DNA of 64,000 nucleotides from an uncultured Gemmatimonadales bacterium (GCA_963783305.1 CAWAMW010000016.1:608001-672000), one strand, 5' to 3'; counted from the first letter of the stretch, positions 29,154 through 38,608 are shown. Notes: a model not told the origin generated them from the letters alone. Numbers and translations are program-made.

Positions 29154-29207
29154 CGCCCCGTAGCCTCCACTGCTGACCTGATGTCCAATGCCGGTCCGGA
29201 GACGGCC

Positions 29208-29222
29208 GCACGGCATGTGCCA
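29208..29222 (-). promoter_or_regulatory. candidate sigma-54 promoter of htrA
   Basis: Minus strand TGGCAC-ATGCC-GTGC (consensus TGGCAC-N5-TTGC, one mismatch). Confidence 0.5.
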
Positions 29223-29291
29223 TCGCGAGCCGGCCGCCGAGAGCCGACGTGTGCCCGGGAATTGGATGCGGCGCTGGCGGCAGGGGTTGCC

Positions 29292-29316
29292 TAACGGTTC
29301 GGCCCGGGCCCGCGTC
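29292..29316 (+). promoter_or_regulatory. candidate ECF-sigma promoter of the TolC/MacAB operon 2
   Basis: TAAC-N17-CGTC about 75 nt before the TolC GTG. Confidence 0.4.
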
Positions 29317-29390
29317 TATAGGGAGGCAGCGTCGGGCGCCGGCCGTGGGTGGCCGTGCCGGGCCGTGTACGAGTGCGGAGGAGACGAGCA

Positions 29391-30704
29391 GTGATTCGAG
29401 CGATCATCATCGGCGCCATGACCGTGGCGATGGCGGTGGGCACGCCGGCCGTGGGGCAGGGCCTGGGGGAGGTGGAGCCGGTGGACAGTGTCACGCTGGA
29501 GGCCGCCGTGGAGCGGGCTCTTCGCGTGGCGCCGCAGGTGGTGCAGGCGACGACCGGCCTCGGCACCGCGCGCTACGGCAGTCGTCAGGCGTACGCGGCG
29601 ATGCTGCCGAGCCTGTCCCTGTCGAGTGGGGCGAACCTGTCCAGCTCCGAGCGGTACGACCCGCAGACCAACCTGAGGGTGAGCGGGCAGAACAACAGCA
29701 GCTACAGCGCGGGGCTGTCCGCGAGCATGGACCTGTTCTCGGGGGGGCGGAACCTGGCGGCCGTGCGAAGTGCGCACGCCACCGTGGAGGCCGCGGAAGC
29801 CACACTCGTGACGCAACAGTTCGCCATCGTGCTGTCCGCCAAGGTGGCGTATTTCGCCGTGCTGCGTGCCCGTGAGCTGATCCGGTTGAACGAGGACCAG
29901 ATCGAGCAGGCGCGGCAGCAGCTGTCGGCCGCGGAGCGCCGCCTCGAGGTTGGCCGCGCGACGCGATCGGACGTCCTCCGGGCGCGCCTCCAGCTGAGCA
30001 ACGCACAGCAGGCGCTTCTCCAGTCCATGACGCAGCGCCGGAACGCCATGTACACGCTGGGCCGGACGGTGGGCGTGATCGGTCCGGTGACCGCGGTGGA
30101 TCCGCCCGATCTGGCGCCGGTGCCGCTCGCGCTGGATCCGGAAGAACTTCGGGCGCTAGTGCTGGATGAGGCACCGATGGTGCTTGCGGCGACGGCCGAT
30201 CTCGGTGTCGCCCGGGCGGGTCTGTCGCAGGCGCGGGCGCAGTACTTCCCGACGATCGGCGCCAGCGGCGGCTACAACTGGTCGAACAACGAGTTTGGCC
30301 TCGAACAGGGGCTTACGAGCTGGAGCACGCGGATCAGCGTGTCCTACCCGATCTTCAACGGTCTCCAGCGGGAGGCGACGATGGACCGTTCGAGCGCACA
30401 GCTCACGGTGGCCGAGGCGCGGGCGTCCGACATCGCGCGCACGGTGGTGGCCGAACTGGAATCGCAGCTGGCGGGACTGGCGCTGGCGGAGGCGCGGCTG
30501 GCGATCCTGAAGGAGTCGGTGGAGGTCGCGCGAGAAGACTACCGGGTGCAGCGGGAGCGCTACGATCTCGGGGCTGCGACGATCCTGGAACTGGTCTCGT
30601 CGCAGATCGCGCTGACGCAGGCGCAGTACGACCTGATCAACGCGCGGTACGATTATCAGATCACGAGGGCGGAGCTGGAGTCCCTGGTTGGGCGGGAGCT
30701 ATAG
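29391..30704 (+). CDS. TolC-family outer membrane efflux protein
   Basis: GGAGGAG RBS plus GTG; signal peptide; VTLEAAV..AL, PSLSLS, YPIFNG, ERYDLG. Confidence 0.92.
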   Translation: MIRAIIIGAMTVAMAVGTPAVGQGLGEVEPVDSVTLEAAVERALRVAPQVVQATTGLGTARYGSRQAYAAMLPSLSLSSGANLSSSERYDPQTNLRVSGQNNSSYSAGLSASMDLFSGGRNLAAVRSAHATVEAAEATLVTQQFAIVLSAKVAYFAVLRARELIRLNEDQIEQARQQLSAAERRLEVGRATRSDVLRARLQLSNAQQALLQSMTQRRNAMYTLGRTVGVIGPVTAVDPPDLAPVPLALDPEELRALVLDEAPMVLAATADLGVARAGLSQARAQYFPTIGASGGYNWSNNEFGLEQGLTSWSTRISVSYPIFNGLQREATMDRSSAQLTVAEARASDIARTVVAELESQLAGLALAEARLAILKESVEVAREDYRVQRERYDLGAATILELVSSQIALTQAQYDLINARYDYQITRAELESLVGREL

Positions 30705-30706
30705 CC

Positions 30707-32182
30707 ATGGCGCGAATTGGGTTTTGTGTACGTGGAGCGGCCCGGCGCAGGGTCGTCGCGGGGCTGGTGACGATGGCGGCGCTGGGCGCCACGGGATGTT
30801 CATCATCGAACGCGGCGGAGCGGAACGGGGGTGGGGCGGAGGAGCGTGGATTGGCGGAGCGCGGGGACCTGGACATCCGGGTGGAGGCCTCGGGTCAGGT
30901 TGAGCCGATCCTCGTGGTGGAAGTGAAGTCGAAGGCGTCGGGCGAGGTCACGAGTCTGCACGTGGAGACCGGCGACCGGGTGGAGCGGCAGGAACTGCTG
31001 GCGGAAGTGGACCCGCGGGATGTGCGGAACGCGCTGGCGCAGGCCCAGGCGGACCTCGAGGTGGCGGAGGCGCGGCTGCAGATCGCCGATTCGCAGGCCG
31101 GTCGCTCGCGGGATCTCCGAGCGGCGAACGTGGTGACGCAGCAGGAGCTGGAGCAGTCGGTGCTGGACGCGGCCAACGCGAGGGCGCAGCTGATCAAGGC
31201 GCGCACGAGCGTGGAGCTGGCGCGAGAGAAGATGGGCGACGTGACCATCCGTGCGCCCATCGCGGGAACGGTGATCCAGAAGACGGTGGAAGCCGGCCAG
31301 ATCATCGCATCGGCGAGTGGCAACGTGTCCGGTGGCACCACACTGCTTCTGATGGCGGATCTCTCCACCATGCAGGTGCGGACGCTCGTGGACGAGACCG
31401 ACATCGGGAAGGTCCAACCCGGACAGACGGCGCGGGTGCAGGTGGAGGCGTATCCGGAGCAGGCGTTCGTCGGCACGGTGTACAAGATCGAGCCGCAGGC
31501 CGTCGTGGATCAGAACGTCACGATGTTTCCAGTCATGGTGCGCCTGGACAACGCCCGCGGACTCCTCAAGCCGAACATGAACGCCGAAGTACAGATCGAG
31601 GTGGCGCAGCGCCGTGACGTGGTCCTGGTCCCGAACGCCGCCATCGTCGGGATGGGCGATGCCGCCGCGGCGGCCGAGGTACTGGGGCTGGACGGCCAGA
31701 GGGTGATGCAGGAGCTGCGTTCGGCGCCCCGCGCGGTGCCGGCGGGCGACTCGGCGGGAGCCGAGGCAGCCAACGGCGCGGCGGAAGCGGCCGAGGGCGC
31801 GGTCGACTGCGAGGCGCTGATTGCGAAGGCGCGTGGGGACCGAAGCTCGCTGAGCGAGGCGGAGCGCGGTCAGCTCCGGACGTGCTTCCAGCAGTCGGGT
31901 GGCGCCGGCGGGATGGGGGGCAGGGGCGGGGCGGGGCCCAGGAGCGGCGACTCGCGTCCGGCCGTGATCTTCGTGGCCACTCCGACTGGTCCGGAGGCCA
32001 GACGGGTCCAGCTTGGCCTGAACGACTGGGACCGCACCCAGGTGCTGAGTGGGATCGAGTCGGGAGAGGAAGTGATCCTGATGTCGGTTGCCCGGCTTCG
32101 TCAGCAGCAGGAGGACATGATGGACCGGATCCGGGAGCGGAGCAGCCCGATCCCCGGAGGTGGTGGGGGTCGTGGTCACTGA
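30707..32182 (+). CDS. efflux periplasmic adaptor subunit (MacA-like), probable lipoprotein
   Basis: VEVKSKASGEV...GDRV, IRAPIAGTV, VDETDIGKV..GQ, LKPNM; ATGC lipobox-like. Confidence 0.92.
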   Translation: MARIGFCVRGAARRRVVAGLVTMAALGATGCSSSNAAERNGGGAEERGLAERGDLDIRVEASGQVEPILVVEVKSKASGEVTSLHVETGDRVERQELLAEVDPRDVRNALAQAQADLEVAEARLQIADSQAGRSRDLRAANVVTQQELEQSVLDAANARAQLIKARTSVELAREKMGDVTIRAPIAGTVIQKTVEAGQIIASASGNVSGGTTLLLMADLSTMQVRTLVDETDIGKVQPGQTARVQVEAYPEQAFVGTVYKIEPQAVVDQNVTMFPVMVRLDNARGLLKPNMNAEVQIEVAQRRDVVLVPNAAIVGMGDAAAAAEVLGLDGQRVMQELRSAPRAVPAGDSAGAEAANGAAEAAEGAVDCEALIAKARGDRSSLSEAERGQLRTCFQQSGGAGGMGGRGGAGPRSGDSRPAVIFVATPTGPEARRVQLGLNDWDRTQVLSGIESGEEVILMSVARLRQQQEDMMDRIRERSSPIPGGGGGRGH

Positions 32183-32255
32183 GCGGGCGGGCGGCAGCGG
32201 AGGCGGGGCGGGCGTAGGGGGCGGACCCGCCATCTCGACCCGTAGGCGGTCGGCC

Positions 32256-33464
32256 ATGCTGCTGGTCGAGATCCTCAAGGTCGCGCTGGAGTCCATCCGG
32301 GTGAACAAGCTGCGGTCGTTCCTGACCATGCTCGGGATCATCATCGGGATCGGGTCGGTGATCACGATGGTGGCGCTGGGAGAGGGCGCGCAGCGGCAGG
32401 TGGCGGAGCGGCTCGAGGGACTGGGCACCAACGTGCTGACGGTGCGGCCGGGGCAGCAAATGTGGGGTGGGGTCGACCGGGGATCCGCGGGGCTCACGGC
32501 GGAGGATGCGGAGGCGATCCGGGCCGGGGCGGCGCACGTCCGTGCGGTGGCGCCGGAGCTGGAGCGCCGGCAGCAGGTCGAGTACGGCCGGGCCAACGCC
32601 AACCTGTCGGTGGTGGGTGTCTGGCCGGAGTATTTCGACATCCAGAACATGCGGCTTTCGGCGGGGCGCCTGTTCACGCCGGGTGAGGAGCGCGGACGGC
32701 GCAGGCTCGTGGTGCTGGGCTCGACGGTGGGGGATCGTCTACAGAGCAGCTCGGCCGCGCTGCTGGGTCAGCGGATTCTGGTGCGCGGCATCCCTTTCGA
32801 GGTGGTGGGAGTGCTGGAAGAGAAGGGCTCACAGGGGTGGGACAACCCGGACGAGCGGCTCTATATCCCTCTGGCCACGGCGCGCTTTCGGGTCATGGGG
32901 ACGGAGTCGGTCCGGTCCATCAGCGTGCAGGCGGGGAGTCCGGAGGAGATGGACGGCGCCACGGCAGAGGTGGACCGGATCCTCCGACGGGAGCACCGGA
33001 TCGCGCCCGGCGATGCGTCGGACTTCAACGTTCGGAACATGGCGTCGCTCATGAGCACGTTCCAGGAGACGACGCAGACGTTCACGTTCCTTCTGGCGGG
33101 CATCGCGCTGATCTCGCTCCTGGTGGGCGGCATCGGGATCATGAACATCATGCTGGTCTCCGTCACCGAGCGGACGCGGGAGATCGGGGTCCGGAAAGCG
33201 CTCGGCGCCCGTCGTCGCCACATCCTGCTCCAGTTCCTGATCGAGTCGGTGGTGCTGTGCACGGCGGGGGGGATCATCGGTGTGGCCGTGGGTTGGGGTG
33301 GCGCCGCGGCGCTCCGGAATCTGGCCGGGTGGCAGACCGCCGTGGCCCCCGGCGCGGTGGCGCTGGCGGTGGGATTCGCCGCCGTGGTGGGAGTCTTCTT
33401 CGGGATCTGGCCAGCGCGTAGGGCCGCCCGTCTCGATCCCATTGAGGCGCTGCGCTACGAGTGA
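32256..33464 (+). CDS. MacB-type ABC permease (no fused ATPase)
   Basis: NKLRSFLTMLGIIIG, GGIGIMNIMLVSVTERTREIG, PARRAARLDPIEALRYE. Confidence 0.93.
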   Translation: MLLVEILKVALESIRVNKLRSFLTMLGIIIGIGSVITMVALGEGAQRQVAERLEGLGTNVLTVRPGQQMWGGVDRGSAGLTAEDAEAIRAGAAHVRAVAPELERRQQVEYGRANANLSVVGVWPEYFDIQNMRLSAGRLFTPGEERGRRRLVVLGSTVGDRLQSSSAALLGQRILVRGIPFEVVGVLEEKGSQGWDNPDERLYIPLATARFRVMGTESVRSISVQAGSPEEMDGATAEVDRILRREHRIAPGDASDFNVRNMASLMSTFQETTQTFTFLLAGIALISLLVGGIGIMNIMLVSVTERTREIGVRKALGARRRHILLQFLIESVVLCTAGGIIGVAVGWGGAAALRNLAGWQTAVAPGAVALAVGFAAVVGVFFGIWPARRAARLDPIEALRYE

Positions 33465-33541
33465 TTCGCGCCTGGATCTTTGCGACTACATGGCGGTATT
33501 CAGGAGGTGATTCCGGCGCCCCAGCCATCGAAGGAGCCCCG

Positions 33542-35479
33542 ATGCACAGACCGTTGCCCGCTATCCTCCTGCTCGCCGTCGCTGCGGCGGCGTGCTCCGA
33601 CCTGTCTACCGCGCCGGACCGCGTTCCGGCGGGGCTGCGGGTGGTGCCGGATACGCTGTGGCTGACGGCGGGGGAGTCGTCGGCGTTCCAGGTGGAAGTG
33701 CTCGACCAGGATGGCGAGCCCTACGCCGTGATCCCGACGTGGTCGGCTCCGACGTGGCACAGCTCGGTGCCGGACGTGATCGAGGTGGACGCGGCGGGCC
33801 GCGCGCGGGGTCTGCAGCCGGGGCAGAGCCATGCCCGGGTCGAGGTGGCGGGGATGAGCACGGGTGGAGTCGTCCTGGTGAACCCGACGGAGATCGGGGT
33901 GACGGTGCCGTTCATGCACGTGACGCAGAGCGTGCAGCGGCGTCAGGGGGATGTGCCTCTGGTGGAGGGTCGCGACGGTCTGCTGCGGGTGTACGTCCGC
34001 GGCGACGGGCTGAACTACTTCCGGCCGAAGGCCCGGGCCACGTTTTACCACGAGGAAACGGCGGTCCACGAGGCCGATCTGATGCTCGAGGGGCCGGGAC
34101 TCCCCGAGGCGGTGAATGAACTCGATCTGACGCTCTCCTACGATCTGGAGGTGCCGGGCTGGGTCCTTCGACCCGGGGTTCGCCTGGTCGTGGAGGTGGA
34201 CCCTGACGGGATCCTGCCGACGGTGGCGGGCAGCGTGCTTCGAGTCCCAGAGACGGGCTCAATGCCGCTCGACGTGGTGGCCGTGCCTCCATTCCGGCTC
34301 CGGATGGTGCCCGTGACGCAGTCGGGGAACGGTCGGACGTCGCGTCTGACCGCCTCGTACGCGGAGCGGATGACCCGGCTCACCAATGACATCTTCCCCT
34401 TCGGCGCGTTCGACATGGACGTACGCGAGCCATACGTCACGGCCGCGGGCCTCGGCACCGACGAGGGGTGGTACCAGCTCATCGAGGAGATCGCGCTGCT
34501 GCGCTGGGACGACGGCAGCTCCCGCTACTACTACGGCGGCTTCGACCGACCGCCGGGTACGAACATCGGCGGGTTGGGCTACGTGGGGTACCCGGTGGCG
34601 ATCGGGATGGACGACCAGCCGGAAGTCATCGCCCATGAGATCGGCCACACGCTGAACCTGCCGCACGCGCCGTGCGGCAACCCGGCCGGCGCCAATGCTT
34701 CGTACCCGTACAGCGGCGGCCGCACGGGACAGGTGGGCTACAACCGATCCGCCGGCACGCTCGAGCCGCCGACACGCTATGACCTCATGACCTACTGCGA
34801 TCCCATCTGGATCAGCGATTACAATTATCGCAACGTCCTCGACTACCGCGCGACCAGCGAGTTCGATCTGCGCGCCGGGGAAGGCAGCGGGACTTTGGCC
34901 GGTGCAGGGACCGCAGCGCGGGCGCCGGAGGGGCGGGTGCTGGTGATCCGGGGCGGCGTGCGAGACGGCGGGCTCCGGCTCGAGCCGGCGCTGGAATGGA
35001 CCGGACCGGTCACATTGCCGGAGCCGGGTGGGCGCTACCGCCTGGAAGGGCTGGACGCGGCGGGCGCGACGATCTTCTCGGTGTCGCTCGAGCCGCGCCG
35101 GCTGGACCACAGGGGCGACGACGCGCAGTTCCTCGTGGCGCTCCCGCTGGAGGCGGCCGAGCCGGTCAGGCTGGCGCGGCTTCGGCTGCGGGGTCCGGAG
35201 GGGATGGTGGAGCGGACGCGGACGGGCGGCTCCCTCCCGGCGAGGCCGCAGCTGCGGGTGGGCAGCGGCGTGCCGTGGGCGCCGAGCGCCACCGCGGACC
35301 CGGTGGCGCGCTGGGACGTAGGGTCTTTCCCGCTGGCGGTGGTGCGGAGCCGGGCGACGGGCGCGATCCGTGGAATGTCGCGGACGGGCGAGATCGTGAT
35401 TCCCGAGGGCGGCGGCGACATGGAGGTGCTGCTGAGCGACGGACTCGGAACGCGGCCCGCCATCCTGGTGCGGCGGTGA
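33542..35479 (+). CDS. lipoprotein with Ig-like domain and M66-like zinc metallopeptidase domain
   Basis: AAGGAG RBS; lipobox AAAC; Ig-like segment (TWHSSVPDVIEVD..G..RGL.PG); HEIGHTLNLPH zinc motif; DLMTY Met-turn. Confidence 0.82.
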   Translation: MHRPLPAILLLAVAAAACSDLSTAPDRVPAGLRVVPDTLWLTAGESSAFQVEVLDQDGEPYAVIPTWSAPTWHSSVPDVIEVDAAGRARGLQPGQSHARVEVAGMSTGGVVLVNPTEIGVTVPFMHVTQSVQRRQGDVPLVEGRDGLLRVYVRGDGLNYFRPKARATFYHEETAVHEADLMLEGPGLPEAVNELDLTLSYDLEVPGWVLRPGVRLVVEVDPDGILPTVAGSVLRVPETGSMPLDVVAVPPFRLRMVPVTQSGNGRTSRLTASYAERMTRLTNDIFPFGAFDMDVREPYVTAAGLGTDEGWYQLIEEIALLRWDDGSSRYYYGGFDRPPGTNIGGLGYVGYPVAIGMDDQPEVIAHEIGHTLNLPHAPCGNPAGANASYPYSGGRTGQVGYNRSAGTLEPPTRYDLMTYCDPIWISDYNYRNVLDYRATSEFDLRAGEGSGTLAGAGTAARAPEGRVLVIRGGVRDGGLRLEPALEWTGPVTLPEPGGRYRLEGLDAAGATIFSVSLEPRRLDHRGDDAQFLVALPLEAAEPVRLARLRLRGPEGMVERTRTGGSLPARPQLRVGSGVPWAPSATADPVARWDVGSFPLAVVRSRATGAIRGMSRTGEIVIPEGGGDMEVLLSDGLGTRPAILVRR

Positions 35480-36042
35480 CGCGGCTCGGGGCGTGGCTGC
35501 TGATGGTCGCGCTGGTCACGGGCCTGGCGACGGCGCCGGTCGCCGCGCAGCGGGTCGAGGTGGAGATTCGGGCGGGCGCTGCGGTGGGCAACTACAGTGA
35601 GACGGGCGCCGGGCTGGAGTGGGTCCCGGGCCCATCGTTCGGCGCGGCCGTCGAGCTGTGGCCGGGTGAGACGCGGGCCGCGTACATCGCCCTCCACAGC
35701 TCATCGTTCGGGTGCGAGGAGGGGTTCTGCGCGGGCGGAAATGTCTCCATCACGAGTCAGGGGCTGGTCCTCGGAGGACGGTGGTCGCCCGGGCTGCCCT
35801 GGGTTCGGGCCGGAGTCGGGCTCCAGTGGCTGCGGCTGGACGCTGAGCAGGCGGACGAGCGCTTCGACGCCGGACTCGGGTTCGAGGCTGCCGCCGGTCT
35901 GACCTGGCGGGTGAGTGAACGAGTGAACCTCCGGCCGGGCCTGACATACCGTCGGCAGGCGGTATCCACCGCCGGTGGGGACCAGCACGCCGGAGTGTTC
36001 GTGCTCGAACTGGGCGGCTCCACGAGGCTCGGCGGCTTCTAG
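35476..36042 (+). CDS. small outer-membrane beta-barrel protein
   Basis: GTGA overlap with the peptidase stop; signal peptide (PVAAQ); amphipathic beta strands; C-terminal Phe. Confidence 0.75.
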   Translation: MTRLGAWLLMVALVTGLATAPVAAQRVEVEIRAGAAVGNYSETGAGLEWVPGPSFGAAVELWPGETRAAYIALHSSSFGCEEGFCAGGNVSITSQGLVLGGRWSPGLPWVRAGVGLQWLRLDAEQADERFDAGLGFEAAAGLTWRVSERVNLRPGLTYRRQAVSTAGGDQHAGVFVLELGGSTRLGGF

Positions 36043-36112
36043 GCGGCGGCACTCGCCGGATCCGTCGCATCCCGCCATTCCCCCGCCCCGTCCGCGGGTG
36101 GACCTTGCCGTC

Positions 36113-37687
36113 ATGCTTGCGACGATCCGTAGTGGGGCGGTGCTGGGCGTGGACGCATACCCGGTCCGGGTGGAGGTGGACCTGGCCCGGGGTCTCCCGT
36201 GCATGACCATTGTCGGGCTGCCGCAGGGGGCGGTGCGCGAGGGTCGAGATCGGGTGACGGCGGCGCTGGCCAACAGCGGCTACGAGCTGCCCCCCCGGCG
36301 GGTCACCATCAACCTTGCCCCGGCCGATATCCCGAAGAGCGGCAGCGCGTTCGACCTCCCCATCGCCATCGGGATCATGGCCGCCGCGGGCCGGATGACA
36401 GGCGTGGCGCTCGGTGGCGTCTGTCTGCTGGGGGAACTGGGGTTGGACGGGGGTGTCCGCCCTGTACAGGGTGTGCTGGCCGTGGCGCTCCGCTGCAGAG
36501 AAGAGGGAGTGGCTTCGCTGATCGTGCCGGCGGCCAACGCGGCGGAGGCGGCTGTGGTGGATGGGGTGGCGGTGCACGGCGCCCGTGCCCTCGCCGAGGT
36601 AGTGGCGCACCTGAGCGGGCGGGCGCCTCTGCCCCGCGCGAAGCCTGTGTCACCACCCGAGGACGCCGGCGACGAATCCCAGCCGGATTTCCGGGATGTC
36701 CGGGGACAGGAGACCGCGCGTCGAGCGCTGGAGATCGCGGCGGCCGGCTCCCACAACGCTCTGCTGGTGGGGCCACCGGGTGCCGGAAAGTCCATGATGG
36801 CGCGGCGGATTCCCTCCATTCTCCCGCCGCTGACGTCGGCCGAGGCCGTGGACGCGACCCGTGTGCATTCCGTGGCCGGCCGGCTGTCGGCTGGGCAGGG
36901 GCTGCTGACCCGACGTCCTTTCCGAGCCCCCCATCACGCCGTTTCGGACGCGGGGCTCGTGGGAGGCGGCGGGCTGCCGCGTCCAGGGGAAGCCTCACTC
37001 GCCCACCACGGGGTGCTGTTCCTCGATGAGCTGCCCGAGTTCCGGCGCTCGGCACTGGAGTCACTGCGCCAGCCGCTGGAGGATGGCGCGATCCACATCG
37101 GCCGCGCCCGTGCCTCGGTGCGCCTGCCCGCTCGTTTCATGCTGATCGCGGCCATGAACCCGTGCCCCTGTGGTCACCATGGCGAGCCCGAAGGGCGCTG
37201 CCGCTGCTCACCGACTCAGGTGCGACGCTACCGGGCGCGGGTATCTGGCCCGCTCATGGACCGGATGGACCTTCACGTGCAGGTCCCCGCGGCGCGGCCG
37301 GAGCAGTTGACGAGCGCGCGGCCGGTGGAGTCGAGCGACAGCATCCGGGAGCGGGTCGTGGAGGCGCGCCGGCGGCAGACAGTGCGGTACCTGGGGGCGG
37401 GCGTGTTCGCCAACGCGCACCTGGACGCCGCAGGCACGCGCCGCTTCTGCGCACTGGACGCGGCCGGGTCGGCGTTGCTGGAGGCGGCCATCCGGCGGCT
37501 GGGGCTGTCCGGGCGTGGGTACCATCGGATCCTTCGGGTCGCGCGGACGATCGCCGACCTGGACGGGACGGAGGCGCTGGAGGCGGAGCACGTTGCGGAG
37601 GCGATCCAGTTCCGTTCTCTCGATCGGCCCATCGAAACGGCCGGGTACCGGTCGGCCGCGGATCCGGGCTGTGGGGCCGCCTTGTAA
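36113..37687 (+). CDS. comM: YifB/ComM Mg-chelatase-like AAA+ ATPase
   Basis: IVGLP..AVRE.RDRV, TINLAPAD, GPPGAGKSM, FRAPHH, GVLFLDELPEF, AAMNPCPCG. Confidence 0.95.
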   Translation: MLATIRSGAVLGVDAYPVRVEVDLARGLPCMTIVGLPQGAVREGRDRVTAALANSGYELPPRRVTINLAPADIPKSGSAFDLPIAIGIMAAAGRMTGVALGGVCLLGELGLDGGVRPVQGVLAVALRCREEGVASLIVPAANAAEAAVVDGVAVHGARALAEVVAHLSGRAPLPRAKPVSPPEDAGDESQPDFRDVRGQETARRALEIAAAGSHNALLVGPPGAGKSMMARRIPSILPPLTSAEAVDATRVHSVAGRLSAGQGLLTRRPFRAPHHAVSDAGLVGGGGLPRPGEASLAHHGVLFLDELPEFRRSALESLRQPLEDGAIHIGRARASVRLPARFMLIAAMNPCPCGHHGEPEGRCRCSPTQVRRYRARVSGPLMDRMDLHVQVPAARPEQLTSARPVESSDSIRERVVEARRRQTVRYLGAGVFANAHLDAAGTRRFCALDAAGSALLEAAIRRLGLSGRGYHRILRVARTIADLDGTEALEAEHVAEAIQFRSLDRPIETAGYRSAADPGCGAAL

Positions 37688-37710
37688 AGGGCCGGACATT
37701 GCGGTAGCTT
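37682..37710 (+). promoter_or_regulatory. sigma-70-type promoter of the larE operon
   Basis: TTGTAA-17 bp-TAGCTT overlapping the comM stop. Confidence 0.5.
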
Positions 37711-37777
37711 CGCGCTCGGGCGCCGGGGCTACGAACGGGAGGCCGGCCCGGCAGACCACAGCGCAGCGGGCGGCGGG

Positions 37778-38608
37778 TTGGACGAAAGCACGGTTCGGGA
37801 TGCGACACGGCGACTGACGCGGGTCCTCGAGGACTGCGGGTCCGTGTGCGTCGGGTATTCTGGCGGCGTGGATAGCGTTTTCCTGGCCGCGTTCGCGGTG
37901 AAGGTTCTCGGACGCGAGCGGGTGCTCGCGGTCACGGGCCGCTCCGCTGCGTATCCGGCGGTGCAACACCGTATGGCGCTGGAGTGCGTCGAGCGATTCG
38001 GCATCCCGCACCTCGAGGTCGAGACCCACGAGCTGGCGGACGCCGGCTACGCGGCCAATGGCACCGACCGCTGCTATTTCTGCAAGTCGGAGCTCTGGGA
38101 AAGGCTGGATGCAGTAGCGCGAGAGCACGGCCTGAGGACCGTCGTAGACGGTTCGAACACCGATGACGCGGCGGACCACCGTCCGGGCGCCCGCGCGGGG
38201 CGTGAGCGCTCGGTGCGGTCACCGCTGCAGGAGGCGGGGTTGGACAAGGCCATGATCCGGGAGCTGTCTCGGGCCATGGAACTCCCGACGTGGGATCAGC
38301 CGGCGTCGCCGTGCCTGGCGAGCCGCCTGACGTACGGGCTGCAGGTCACGCCGGAGCGGCTGTCGCAGGTGGAGCGGGCGGAGTCGCTGCTGCGGGAGCG
38401 TGGCCTCCGTGAGCTGCGCGTGCGGCATCACGGCACGGCCGCCCGTATCGAGGTGGCGCCCGCGGAGCTGTCGGCAGCGGCGGGGATCGTGTTGGAGGTG
38501 GCGTCGTCGATCCGGGGGCTCGGCTTCGAGCGTGTGCTCCTCGACGTGGAGGGCTACCGCCGGGGCGCATTGAACGAGGGCATGGTCCAGCTGGAGGCGC
38601 GAGCGTGA
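37778..38608 (+). CDS. larE: LarE-family ATP-dependent sulfur transferase (PP-loop)
   Basis: YSGGVDS, DRCYFCK, DGSN.DD..DHRPG, PTWDQPASPCLASR, RVRHHG..ARIEV. Confidence 0.92.
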   Translation: MDESTVRDATRRLTRVLEDCGSVCVGYSGGVDSVFLAAFAVKVLGRERVLAVTGRSAAYPAVQHRMALECVERFGIPHLEVETHELADAGYAANGTDRCYFCKSELWERLDAVAREHGLRTVVDGSNTDDAADHRPGARAGRERSVRSPLQEAGLDKAMIRELSRAMELPTWDQPASPCLASRLTYGLQVTPERLSQVERAESLLRERGLRELRVRHHGTAARIEVAPAELSAAAGIVLEVASSIRGLGFERVLLDVEGYRRGALNEGMVQLEARA

